A stretch of DNA of 64,000 nucleotides from Dipteris shenzhenensis (taxonomy: Eukaryota): the NCBI GenBank assembly GCA_047967505.1, contig CM106538.1; one strand, 5' to 3'. Both the position numbers and the translations under genes were made by a program. A model generated the notes under the pieces. The model was given only the letters and a program-made list of their open reading frames with translations. It did not search any database and had not been told where the DNA came from. Positions 39,601 through 52,800 of this stretch are shown here, piece after piece (within the stretch, counting starts at the first letter, position 1; each line of letters starts with the position of its first letter).

Positions 39601-41219
39601 CCCACTAAAGACGCATGGATCTTCAATGATCAATCAACACAAACATCTATGCAAACTTCATTATGGAAAGACAATGTTTTACAATATGAACTAACAATAG
39701 CTATATGTCCAAAACAACATGCAATTTTTGGAAATATTAAATAGAATACGAATAGGTAAGCACACACTACAAGACATCGTCTACCTTAACACTAACTATT
39801 TAGGACAACCATTATTGAAACAAAGCATTCCACACTTCTTCTATACCAACGCTTCCAAAGATATTCACAACCAAGAAGTGTTTCATTTGGTACAACAAAA
39901 TCCTCATATTTTAGAAGCTAGAGACAAGAGGCACAAGACATGCAACAAGACTATAACAATCCCTTTGAACCCCAACCAAACAGTGGGGCTACACAAAATT
40001 CTTCATTTGAAACCTGGAATGATAGTAGAGATATGTTCAGGAAATCTTGACATTATAGATGGATTGGTGAATGGAGCACATGGAATATTCAAAGACTAAA
40101 AAATAACAAATGAGCGACAACATGTTTGGATACTTTTCAACAACCCAAACATAGGAAAGCAAGCTCGCATCAAAAACTCATCTCTTTACAACATTGGCAT
40201 TCCCAAAATGTGGACGCCAATACAACCGATCACAAAAGAGCTCCAAGTAGGGAAAAACAACTTAAACTCTATTTCACGACAATAATTTCCAATACAAGCA
40301 GCAGCTGCTAGAACAATCCACCATTCACAGGGACTAACAATGGAATGCCTAGCTTTTGACCCTTTTGATCCATCCCTCATTAAATCACATGGTCTAACAT
40401 ACACAGCACTATCACATATACGAAACCCAAAAAACCTTTACCTCATCAAACCAATAGAACCTAAGTACATCAAGGTGGATACAAATGTCTTAAAAGAAAT
40501 GGAACGCCTCAAATTCGATAGAAAATGGATTCTCTAACAAATGAACTTCTCATTAGTCCACAATAGTAACATCAACTTGCAATCACTCAACACACGTGCA
40601 TTCTACTCCCATTCCTTAGACATTCTTTATGACAAAAGTCTCCAAGCAACCACAATTTTATGCCTTCAAGAAATTCATCTTGATACATCAACACATAGTA
40701 ACATTGCCTGGATTTACATGCTTGCAAAAAACAAGTGGGGTAGGTATAGCAACATGTTACCAAAACCACATCCAATTGCTTGAGCAACATTACATTGAAG
40801 AGAAGGCATCACAATATTTACTCACTACTTTCAAAACAAAAATGCTAGCATCTATTGCCATCATAAATGTATACAACTCACCATTGTCAACTGTTATAAC
40901 ACTACTAGCATCACTTGAAAAACTACTTCAAAACATAAGAAGAGATACACCAACAACAATCATAGGAGATTTCAACATTAACTTAAATCAAGCAAACAAC
41001 AATAAGACCAAACTAGAAAGTTTCATGGAAAATAAAAACTTTACACAATTGATTCTTCAACCAACAACAGTTCTTCATGGTTCAACTATAGACCACATTT
41101 GGACAAATACACCGGACAAGCACAATCTAAACAGTTCAAAACACACCGGACAAGCACAGTCTAAATGGTTCAATCTATATTTATCGGTCAGACCACTTGT
41201 TCCTTTACACAAACATTGA
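36700..41219 (+). mobile_element. Helentron/Helitron2-type Rep-helicase-endonuclease gene, disrupted
   Basis: N-terminal RLVSIRIPF..GLHGSVVNV. Rep: LRQLGPPTFFMTLS, EFQNRGSQHDHGLLW, AAYCTSYMTK. PIF1 helicase: GNAGTGKT, DEVS, GDLCQ, TIHHSQGLT. C-terminal APE/EEP endonuclease: SLNTR, LCLQE, IIGDFN, TIDHIW. Confidence 0.92.
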
Positions 41220-41339
41220 TTTACCTTGCCAAAAAAATTAAAAGTACTTCATATTCAAATCAATCATTCATACAACCAAACATACACTTTTTTTGTTGCA
41301 AAACTCTAATACAATACTACTTTCCAATGAATTGAAGGT

Positions 41340-42870
41340 AGGCCTATTGAATGTAATTCACCTTGTTCATATTCTTTGGTGCAGCGGTAGACAAGGTGAA
41401 CGAACTTGCTTCAAGTTGGAGGGGCAATGTAATTTTCTGAAGCAATTTCTGAGATTTGAGAATCTGGGGTAATTTCTCTTCGCTTCCTACGAGTGGTAGC
41501 CTGCATGAATTATAGGATGTTGGTCCACTCTGAGAATATCGTGGCTGCATCGATGCCCTCGCCAATGGAGTCTGGATTGTGAATCTGTCTCCAAACTCTA
41601 GCGTGGATACTAATAAAAACCGCCTTCAAAGTTCATTCCGCATTGTTGTCAGAAAATTCAAAGATAGTCGGCGACGGAGAGATGCTGTAGTAGCGTTGAC
41701 GAAAAGCGTAGATACTATTAACTTAGACAATAATTGGCGACGGAGAGATGCTGTGAAAGCATTGATGATTGAGATTCTGAATTTGAGAAGCATTGATGAT
41801 TAGCGTGTAGTTTTTTGATAAGAGGACCCAAACTCCGAGACGCCAACTACCTCGGTCCTGGACTCCTGGTAAGTCCACTGTTACTGTCCTGGACTCTTGA
41901 GTCTCCGGGACTCGGATCTACGCTCACCCCGACTTCCGAGTGGACTGTCCGTCACTCGAGATAGATTTTAGACTTGATCCCCACTGCCAAGTCGGGGAAG
42001 CGCGATTGCATGCCCAGCCTCCAGGTCGGCAGACTCCAAGTACAATCGTTTCGCTGAGTCCTGACTCCTGAGGAATCCGTTTCTGTATTGGGCAATTCGC
42101 TGCAAACACGATATTCGAGTACTCGGGAGTCGGGAGAGGTGATGCGGTTTGTCCTGGACTCCTGGAGCTTCTCCGTGACTGCAAGGTTCGGAACCTTCGC
42201 ATGTCTTGGAACTAATAATTTGCAATTTGCAAACTTGCAAAGCAACAACTCCAATACTCTCATTGAGAGCTCTCCTCGAATGCCTCATCCAGTCATCACC
42301 TCATGTGAGTTCACTCTTCAGTGAGATGCTGAGCCAGCATTGCTTGTGAGTAATGATGCAGGTCGTTTCAGCCAACGGGAAAGAACCGATGTCCGTGGAC
42401 CAATCTCACACTTCGGGCATTGGAATGCTTAGAGGGCATTCCCACGTGGGCGTCAGTGCCAGGAATGCCCGTAATGGGCGGATATGCTCCAAGAATGCAA
42501 CGTTCCCACCATCAATGCCATGCCAAATTCAAGTGTTAATCTGCTCTGCTGGAGACGGAAATTGTGACTCTCCAGCTGGGCATTTCGGCGCCCATTGGTT
42601 GGCAACTTGTTACATTTGGTCCCCTTGCATTAACAACGATGGGAGTCTGGAGAAGGTTGGTTGACTGGTTGGGAGAAGGAGGATTGCAGGTTGCCTCTGT
42701 CAGAGGCTGGAGATGTGGTGCCAGTGGAGACATGTAGGAACATGGCGAGCAAAAATGCCCCCTGGCATTGAGATGTCCATCAAGCGGGTATTCCCTGGCG
42801 CTGACACCATCGCGGGAATGCCCTCTTAGCTAGCAAGGCCTCAAAACGGAGTTGCTCTGTTAGCATCTAT
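41340..42870 (-). mobile_element. Probable degenerate Gypsy gag region
   Basis: Knuckle-like KCNK.. and QCPKCEIG, and a pre-protease-like KITLPLQL segment. Disrupted. Confidence 0.4.
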
Positions 42871-43263
42871 CTATATACTTTCTAATAGGCAAGGGTGGCT
42901 CGCACAGGCTCGGGGCAAGCTCAGGGAGCTTCGGAGTGCTCCGGGAGATTTCCGTGATTATGTACCGTTACATTAGGGTGGGACGAGAGGACAGCCGTTC
43001 AATCAGGGTCAGTGATGTGCAGTCTGCTCAAGGACTACGGAGTCAGATTGTAGACCAGACACTAGATGGCAACGGGAGGTAGCCACCGCAGAGATGGTAG
43101 AGTTAGGTAGACCCTACTGTGGCTACTGGCAGCCTGGCAGACTCACAGTACGGGTCCCGAGATGGTGGCCCGCATGTGGCGAGCTCCTTAACACTCCCCA
43201 CTAATTGGATTGATGAGACTCGACAGGTGGCAGATTGACACATGGCATCAGGGCGCAATGGGT

Positions 43264-43266
<3 letters not shown>

Positions 43267-43323
<57 letters not shown>

Positions 43324-43390
43324 AGTAGAGAGAGAGAGAGAGGGGGGGGAGTGGGGGACGTGAGAGAGAGAGAGAGAGAGGGGGGGGGAC

Positions 43391-43427
<37 letters not shown>

Positions 43428-43485
43428 AGGGGGAAAGAGAGAGGGAGGAGAGAGACAGAGAGAGGTAGGAGAGAGAGAGAAAGAG

Positions 43486-43532
<47 letters not shown>

Positions 43533-43573
43533 AAAGAGCTAGAGGAGAGGGGGAGAGAGAGAGCGCAAAGAGC

Positions 43574-43621
<48 letters not shown>

Positions 43622-43692
43622 CGGGAGAGACAGAGAGAGGTAGAGAGGGAGGGGAGAGACAGAGAGAGGCAGGAGGGAGGGAGGGAGGGAGG

Positions 43693-43734
<42 letters not shown>

Positions 43735-43739
43735 AGGGG

Positions 43740-43790
<51 letters not shown>

Positions 43791-43807
43791 TATATATATA
43801 TATATAT
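43267..43807. repeat. Compound (GA)n/poly-G/(TA)n microsatellite block
   Basis: Directly visible. Confidence 0.98.
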
Positions 43808-44459
43808 TAGATACATAAAATTCTATATAAATATAAATAAATGTATGGATATAGTATAATATATATCTAAACACCATATTAGAGAATTTGGGAAAATCCT
43901 GATAATTTGGGAATTTTGGAGGGGTTGTAATTATGCAACATTCAATGTTTTTCATTGATTTTTCCCATAGATTTGGCAGTCCATCCAAATCTCACAAATG
44001 TGCATGGTTTGCATCAACATAAATAAAATGTCAAATGTTGAGGTTTCGACCAATGCATGGTAGTTTTTGAGGGGTTGCAATTACAATGCATTGAGTGCAC
44101 TCCATTGACTTTCTCACTGGATTTGGCCGTGTATATGAAACTCACAGTTTGGAGTGTGAATGTTTTGCATTAGCCGAGAAAAAAACATCATATGTTTGAG
44201 TTCAACGAAGCATTTTTTGTCTCTTCTCGAAAAAAGGTGGTGTTCAAAAACACCATTTTAGTTTAGTTGGAGAAAAAGTAAGAATGCAACACTAGTCCTT
44301 GATATTTTGTCAAGTGTGCAGAACTTGCAACCACAAAGCAATGGTCTGCAAAAAAAAAGATAAAGAAAAAAGATCAATATCATACCTTCCAAATATTTGT
44401 GAGTATTCAATTAAATTATTGTTGTGCAAGGAAAAAAAAGTCATGCTTTTCAAGTACCT

Positions 44460-46868
44460 TCACTCCATTGTGGAGTCAGCATCAGAGTTGGAATCTGTAC
44501 TATGAGACAAACTAGATAATGCTCGCTTGCATGCAATGGTTGGTATCTTCACCTTGATGGGGAGGTTGCTGCTCTTTGAGGAAACCTTCTTTGAGAGGTT
44601 ACCTTTTGGAACCCATGACCATACAATAGCATCAACAGATTCCCAACGTGGAGGATCACCTTTATTGCACATCCAAATCTTGTTCCAACAATCTGCATAC
44701 ACCTCCTCAATTTGTGCATTGCATCTTTTGCATATAGGTGCCTAATATTGTATGAAAACCTTCTTGAAATGTTTAGATTTATTATCCTTTTGTACATCAG
44801 TTTGAGCAATGCCTAGCCAAATTGGGTAAATTTTTTCTGCTGGTTGGACCAAAATGAAGTGTCCTTTTTGTACATCAACCATTGGATCAAATGATTGTTT
44901 TGGCTTTTTCCTTTGAGGTCCACAGTAGTGATCATTCAACTCTTCAATTCCTTGAAACTCATCGTTTTCATTATCAACTACTTGCACACAATCAATATGT
45001 TGCGTCTTTGGCCAAAATCTCTCGTACATGCCCTCTACACTTTGTTTGGTTTATGAAGCTTATCAATCATGTTCTTCCAGTACTTCACTACTGGCTTGTA
45101 AAACTTTGTGAAAGATGCTTCTGGACCTTGCAGGTGCACCTATTTTTCCCAAAAGTGTACATACTCCTTAATACCAACTATCACATGTGAGTGATCCTTC
45201 ACATACTCGAACATGGGTACAGAAGGTGGCTCTCCACTTGGTAGCATTGGATGACCATCCGGATGTCTCTTCCACAACTCAATGCCACCTTCACTTGGTT
45301 GCCAATCTAATGATCATGGATGCACTTTATATTGCATGATAGGAACTTCATTTCGCATAAAGAACCGAAATTGAGGAGAGGCTTTGAGTGTCCCACTAAA
45401 GCATCTTGCCCATCGCATAGGCATCCATCAACATAGCTCTTGAAATCAGGGACTTCTGTTACCAAAAATGGCATTGGAAAAGATTCCTACATTGTCTAAA
45501 AGTATCCATGAGATGTGCAAATGTCAATGTTTGGCTAGTTCTTAACCTCTCTGAAAACCTGCTGAACATTGCATCAATATCCTCGTGTGTATGCCCAACC
45601 ATCAAGAATCCCAATTGAATTGACTTGAAAATCCCTCGAGCAACAAGTAATGATAGGTATGCAAACAAGTACCTATTCTTGTTTTCAGAACCACAATTAT
45701 CCAACTGCAACAATAGGTGTTCGGGTAGTTTCTTATAAGGATTTTCTTGATGGGAACTTCCAAGTCCAAGGTCTTTGAATGTTCCACCCACTGCTCCAAG
45801 ATGAAGTTGTTGCTTGTCATTAGAAACATAGTGAGAATCCAGTGCTTCTCTTGAGGTTAGTGTGTTTAGTAGAGCGTTATCAGACCTTGGCATCCCATCA
45901 TGTACCAAATCTCCAAGTGCATGGTTATCAACTCTGTCAAGATTTCTCAAACACAAAGCCAATGAACCGATTGTGAAGTTAGGATCCGAGGGCCACAAGG
46001 ATAAAGAAAAGTGACCATAATGTCCTTGACCATGTCCATGTGTTATCATGCCAGCCAAAGCCACTGGGAGCTGAAAGGATTTGTCTGTGTCCTTTGAATG
46101 ATTGCGTAATCTAGGGATGGCTGTCTTCTTTTGGTCCATTTTATCATGGATAATGCACAAGTATGTCTGAGGATACATTTCAGAAAATCTGCGCCAAGTG
46201 TAGTACACATTTCTACAAATTTTTTGTTGTAACATGTGCTTTCTTCTATCTTCCATCAACTTATTACGTTCATTTTGGCATTCTGTCGTTGCAAGCTGAG
46301 CCTTGATTGCACTACATAAACCACACTCAGAGAATTCACTTGTTTTTGACAAAGTTACATGCTTGAATTCAGAGTTCCATATATGGTTGAATATGGAAGT
46401 TGACATCTCCTTACAACCCAAACTATGCTTTAACCGCATGTTAACCTCATAGAGAATATGAACCTGCTTGTATACATCCAGTATCACCAACTGTGTTTCC
46501 CTTGATCCATCCTGAAGTGTTCTACTTTTGTGTGGCATATGCTCAGAATTGTTATCCACAAAATCTTGGATTATGGATCTACCCAGTTTTGTGTGGTCCC
46601 AACCTCTCCGCATGATTCCTTTATTACCATGCATGCACCTTCGTATACCAATTTCAAATTGCTCCCTGTATTGATAAAATGTTGTTTTTGGAATACCATG
46701 CATTTCATACCATGCTCTACAACAAACTTGAATACCATTCAATGAAAAGACATATTTGAACTGCCCATTGTCATCTTTTCGACAAGCAACCCCAAGAGTG
46801 TCATATACATAATTGGTGCGAGCCTCCAAACTTTGGCCCCAATACTCTATGCGTAATTTGGATATCAT
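44460..46868 (-). mobile_element. Sola1-like DDD DNA transposase (469-aa core ORF plus a disrupted C-terminal extension)
   Basis: FSECGLC...H zinc motif, HDKMDQ, LLQLDNCGSENKN and FLMVGHTHEDIDAMFS catalytic motifs. The C-terminus continues through 45460-44460 with frameshifts and stops. Confidence 0.8.
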
Positions 46869-48149
46869 TTGATGATCGGCAAATTAACAAAAATTTTGTG
46901 ATACCAGCAATGGTGGAGATTATGGTTATTGTGTTGCAATAGCTTCTCCAATGGAAGGAGCTGAGAAGTAGCTTTCGGACTAAAGAACGGACAATTCCAC
47001 AACATGAGACCTAGAATTTAATATGCCGTTAGGTAACAGGCTTTCTCTCCTAGTGGTAAATCGTTGCGAAGATAGACTCACGGTTGGAACTCGAAACCCC
47101 TTATCTTCTGAGCCTTGGGAGAGAGGTATTGGCTGCATAGAGCAGCAACGACAGAAAGAGAGCACTCGAAGCAACGGGCGCTACAAGGAGGGGCACAGCA
47201 GTCTGAGGGAGTTTCTGCAGCAGCAGTCGAAGGGAGGGAGGGGCACAGCAGTCTGAGGGAGTTTCTGCAGTAGCAGTCGAAGAAAGCGGTGCAGCAGTCG
47301 AAGGGAGGGAGGGGCATAGCAGTCGGGGAGAAGGCGACGATGGAAGGCACGAGGAGGAGGCCGTGGCACTTTGACGATGGGCGAGGAAGAGGGTGGGAGG
47401 GAGAAGAGGATGAGAGGGAAAAGGAAGGGGTGGGGGGGAAGGAGGAATCCCCCAAAAAGCATGTAGAGCAAAAAAAAAAAAGGACCTCTTTCTAATCCAA
47501 CTATTGAGTGTGGAACCTATGGAATGTTTAATTGGTAATGGAAGTTTAAAATCTACATAGTTAAGTGCACATTGTTAGGATAAATCTGGGATGGGAAACC
47601 TCCCGGGACCTCTCATTTTGACATAGTTTTGAACTTTTTTGCTTGCAATTAGCTAACCAAGGGTGGAGGAGTGTTTTCCAAGAACTACCCCATCTAAGAC
47701 ATTGTCCTAAGGCTCTCAAACCACCCTAGTTACACATTTGAGATCTAGGAAGGGAGAGAAAAAGGTGAGCCTAGCACTTGATCCCCCATGAAGATGAGTT
47801 CAATTCCTTCTCATAGTTTTACTTTTTATGCTTAGTTTAAAAGGTTTGTTTAGCTTTGCCTTTTAAAGTTTTGGTTTTTTAATAGTTTTAGATTTTTAGG
47901 TTTGCTTTTAAAGTAAAAGTATGATTTTAAAGTGTAATAGCATGAATCATGAAAAGCATGTACGATGTTTTTGAAAGTAGGATCTCTAGATACTAATTTC
48001 AAAATTTGAAACTTGAAACTCGAAATTTGAATTTTCAAATTTCAAGTTTGAATTTTAAATTTTGAAAATTGAATTTTGAATTTTGAACTTTAAATTTTAA
48101 ATTTTAAAGTCTAAATTTTCAATTTTTAAATTTAACGTTTGAATGTTTG

Positions 48150-48910
48150 AAGATTTGGCCATGTGGCCAAATCTTCCTACTGATTTGAAAGAAGCTAGCA
48201 ACATTTGGCAGCATGGCAAAATTTTTCCAAACCCTGGTGCTTTGAAAGATTTGGCCACATAGCCAAATCTCCCAGAACCTGGTGATTTGAAAGAAGAATG
48301 CAAGATTTGGTTGCACAGTCAAAACTCCCCATACCCTAGTGCTTTGAAAGAAGCCTACAAGGTTTGGCCACATGACCAAATCTCCCCAAGTTTGAAAGAA
48401 CACCACAACCAAATCTTCTCAGTGCTTTGAAAGAAGTCACCAAGTCTCGAAGGATTTGGCCGTGCATCCAAATCTTGCTAGCTTCTTTGAAAGCACCAAG
48501 GTCTGAGTAGATTTGGCTGTGTGGCCAAATCTTATTGCTTCTTTCAAAGCATTAGTGTCTTAGGAGATTTGGCCATGTGGCCAACTCTTGTTGGCTCCTT
48601 TCAAAGCACCAGGGTATGGGGAGATTTGACCATGTGGCCAAATCTTGTGGGCTTCTTTGAAAGCACCAAGGTATGTGGAGATTTGGCTTCTTTCAAAGCA
48701 CCAAGGTCTAAGTAGATTTGGTTGTGTGGATAAATCTTGATGGTTTCTTGAAAGCACCAGCGTCTCGAGAGATTTGGTTGTGTAGAAAAATCTTGCTATC
48801 TCCCTTTCAAAGCACCATGGTCTGTGAAGATTTGGCCATGTAGCCAGATTTTGCTAGCTAAAATTCAAAGCACCAAGGTTTAGGAAGATTTGGTCGTGTA
48901 GTGAAATCTT
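48150..48910. repeat. Degenerate palindrome-containing repeat array whose orientation switches at ~48465
   Basis: Units read ..gtgctttgaaagaag..agatttggcc..ccaaatct up to ~48460, then cttctttcaaagcacc.. (the reverse complement) to 48910. Confidence 0.9.
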
Positions 48911-48989
48911 GTAAAGAATTTTCATCCTAAGTCACACCATCAGATATCAATATTGAACCATAACAAACGTTATGTATGAAGGTGCCACA

Positions 48990-49250
48990 TTGAAAGTGGG
49001 GGTTAAAGTCAACTTGCTTGTCAGTGAAAAGATTGTTGCCATTGGGACAATATTCCTTCTCTACATCACATGATGACATGTGCCAAGGTGTGCCCTTGGG
49101 AGAAAACAATGTATCAGTGGCGATCGATATTTGTATGGATGAAAGTGCACTTCTTCCATTTCCTACAATGGATGCATTCTTAGTCTATGAGGCTTTGGGT
49201 AGTGTTGTTCATTGGAAAGCACGATCAATGAGTTGTGTGGACAATGTCAA
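48990..49250 (+). pseudogene. TNP1/En/Spm-like (Transposase_23-type) domain fragment
   Basis: EKIVAIGT, a frameshift, then STSHDDMCQGVPLGENNVSVAID..ALLPFP..EALGSVVHW. This matches the VA.G...GVPLG..V.V...LP.P....A.G..V.W pattern of CACTA accessory proteins. Confidence 0.65.
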
Positions 49251-49819
49251 TGGAGCTATTGTACCAATGAATGATATAACATCAGATACCATTGATGTTG
49301 AACCTCTATGTGAATATGATGAGTTTTCCTTCCATCGCTGGTATCTCTACTTCCACGCGCGGATCTTGGCCACCCTACTAGGGGATGAAACTTTTTCTCT
49401 GAGTTTCTGGAACTATGACCATCCGAACAGAAGCACAATCCCCTGGCTTTTCTCAGAAGCACAATCCCGTGCCTGCTTGAAATCCAAAGAGCACAAGCTC
49501 ACGAACAACAATGGCTACTCAATCATCCAAGTAAGAAAACGAAAAAACAGAAAGTGTACGTGATTCTTGCATGTTCTCCATCTTTTCCATTTCGAAACAC
49601 CATGATTTGAAAGCAAGAGTTGTAAAAGTACAAATCTCGAAGTGTGATTTGAAAGTAGGGTCTTTAGTATATGTTTTGACTTTCAGATCTTGAAATTTGA
49701 AATTTGAATTTTGTATCTAAGATTCAAAATTTCAATTTTGAATTTTAAATTTTGAATCTAAGATTTTGAATTTTGAATTTTTAGATTTGAAATTTGAATC
49801 TTAAGATTTGAATTTAAAT

Positions 49820-52800
49820 GGGGAGATTTGGCCGCATGGCCAAATCTTCCTAGCTTCTTTCAAAACATTCAAGATTTGGCCGCATGGCGAAATCTCCCTA
49901 GACCTTGGTGATTTGAAAGAAGCTAGGAAGATTTGGCACCACAGCTAAATCTCCCTAAATCTTGCTGCTTTAAAAAGATTTGGCCACACGGCCAAATCTC
50001 CCTAGACCTTGGTGATTTGAAAGAAGCTAGGAAGATTTGGCACCATAGCTAAATCTCCCTAAACCTTGCTGCTTCCCTAGACCTTGGCGATTTGAAAGAA
50101 GCTAGGAAGATTTGGCACCACAGCTAAATCTCCCTAAACCTTGCTGCTTTAAAAAGATTTGGCCACACGGCCAAATCTCCCTAGACACTCATGATTAGAA
50201 ACAAGCTAGCAAGATTTGGCCGCACAACCAAAACTCTCCAAACCTTGCTGCTTTGAAAAGATTTGGCCGCATGGCCAAATCTCCCTAGACCCTCCTAATT
50301 AGAAAGAATTTAGCAAGATTTGGCCGCACAGCCAAATCTCCCCAAACCTTAGTGCTTTGAAAAGATTTGGTTGCATGGCCAAATCTCTCCAAACCCTGTT
50401 GCTTTGAAAAGATTTGGCTGCACGGCCAAATCTCCATAGACCCTCGTGATTAGAAAGAAGCTAGCAAGATTTGGCCACACGGTCAAATCTCCTTAGACCC
50501 AGGTGATTTAAAAGAAGCTAGAAAGATTTGACCGATTGAAAGAAGCTAGCAAGATTTGGCCACACGGCCAAATCTCCTTAGACCCAGGTGATTTAAAAGA
50601 AGCTAGAAAGATTTGATCGATTTGAAAGAAGCTAGCAAGATTTGGCTGCACGGCCAAATCTCTCTAGACCTAGTGCTTTGAAAGAAGCCCACAAGATCTG
50701 GCCACAAAGCTAATCTCCCCAAACTTTGGTGCTTTGAAAGAAGCCCATAAGATTTTGCCACATCCAAACCTCCCCTTTCGGTGCTTTAAAAGAAGCCCAT
50801 AAGATTTGGCCGCACGGCCAAATCTCCCTAGACCGTGGTGCTTTCTCAAATCTACCACTATGTTTACTGTTAATTCTCGATTCTATTTCAGATATGTTTA
50901 TTGATAATGTGCTTTCTCAAATCTACCACTATGTTTACCCTAGACCTTGGTGATTTGAAAGAAGCTAGGAAGATTTGGCACCACAGCTAAATCTCCCTAA
51001 ACCTTGCTGCTTTAAAAAGATTTGGCCACACGGCCAAATCTCCCTAGACCTTGGTGATTTGAAAGAAGCTAGTAAGATTTGGCACCACAGCTAAATCTCC
51101 CTAAACCTTGCTGCTTTAAAAAGATTTGGCCCTCCCTAGACCTTGGTGATTTGAAAGAAGCTAGGAAGATTTGGCACCACAGCTAAATCTCCCTAAACCT
51201 TGCTACTTTAAAAAGATTTGGCCACACGGCCGAATCTCCCTAGACACTCGTGATTAGAAACAAGCTAGGAAGATTTGGCACCACAGCTAAATGTCCCTAA
51301 ACCTTGCTACTTTAAAAAGATTTGGCCACACGGCTAAATCTCCCTAGACCTTGGTGATTTGAAAGAAGCTAGGAAGATTTGGCACCACAACTAAATCTCC
51401 CTAAACCTTACTGCTTTAAAAAGATTTGGCCACATGGCCAAATCTCCCTAGACCTTGGTGATTTGAAATAAGCTAGGAAGATTTGGCACCACAGCTAAAT
51501 CTCCCTAAACCTTGCTACTTTAAAAAGATTTGGCCACACGGCCAAATCTCCCTAGACCTTGGTGATTTGAAAGAAGCTAGGAAGATTTGGCACCACAGCT
51601 AAATCTCCCTAAACCTTGCTGCTTTAAAAAGATTTGGCCACACGGCCAAATCTCCCTAGACCTTGGTGATTTGAAAGAAGCTAGGAAGATTTGGCACCAC
51701 AGCTAAATCTCCCTAAACCTTGCTGCTTTAAAAAGATTTGGCCACACGGCCGAATCTCCCTAGACACTCGTGATTAGAAACAAGCTAGGAAGATTTGGCA
51801 CCACAGCTAAATGTCCCTAAACCTTGCTACTTTAAAAAGATTTGGCCACACGGCCAAATCTCCCTAGACCTTGGTGATTTGAAAGAAGCTAGGAAGATTT
51901 GGCCCCACAGCTAAATCTCCCTAAACCTTGCTGCTTTAAAAAGATTTGGCCACACGGCCAAATCTCCCTAGACCTTGGTGATTTGAAAGAAGTTAGGAAG
52001 ATTTGGCACCATAGCTAAATCTCCCTAAACCTTGCTGCTTTAAAAAGATTTGGCCACACGGCCAAATCTCCCTAGACACTTGTGATTAGAAACAAGCTAG
52101 GAAGATTTGGCACCACAGCTAAATGTCCCTAAACCTTGCTAATTTAAAAAGATTTGGCCACACGGCCAAATCTCCCTAGACCTTGGTGATTTGAAAGAAG
52201 CTAGGAAGATTTGGCCCCACAGCTAAATCTCCCTAAACCTTGCTGCTTTAAAAAGATTTGGCCACACGGTCAAATCTCTCTAGACCTTGGTGATTTGAAA
52301 GAAGCTAGGAAGATTTGGCACCACAGCTAAATCTCCCTAAACCTTGCTGCTTTAAAAAGATTTGGCCACACGGCCAAATCTCCCTAGACCTTGGTGATTT
52401 GAAAGAAGCTAGGAAGATTTGGCACCACAGCTAAATCTCCCTAAACCTTGCTGCTTTAAAAAGATTCGGCCACACGGCCAAATCTCCCTAGACCTTGGTG
52501 ATTTGAAAGAAGCTAGGAAGATTTGGCACCACAGCTAAATCTCCCTAAACCTTGTTGCTTTAAAAAGATTTGGCCACACGGCCAAATCTCCCTAGACACT
52601 CGTGATTAGAAACAAGCTAGGAAGATTTGGCACCACAGCTAAATGTCCCTAAACCTTGCTACTTTAAAAAGATTTGGCCACACGGCCAAATCTCCCTAGA
52701 CCTTGGTGATTTGAAAGAAGCTAGGAAGATTTGGCACCACAGCTAAATCTCCCTAAACCTTGCTGCTTTAAAAAGATTTGGCCACACGGCCAAATCTCCC

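Noticed and set aside
43103-43988. Long Ser/Leu/Pro and Arg/Glu ORFs
   Set aside because: Microsatellite artefacts.
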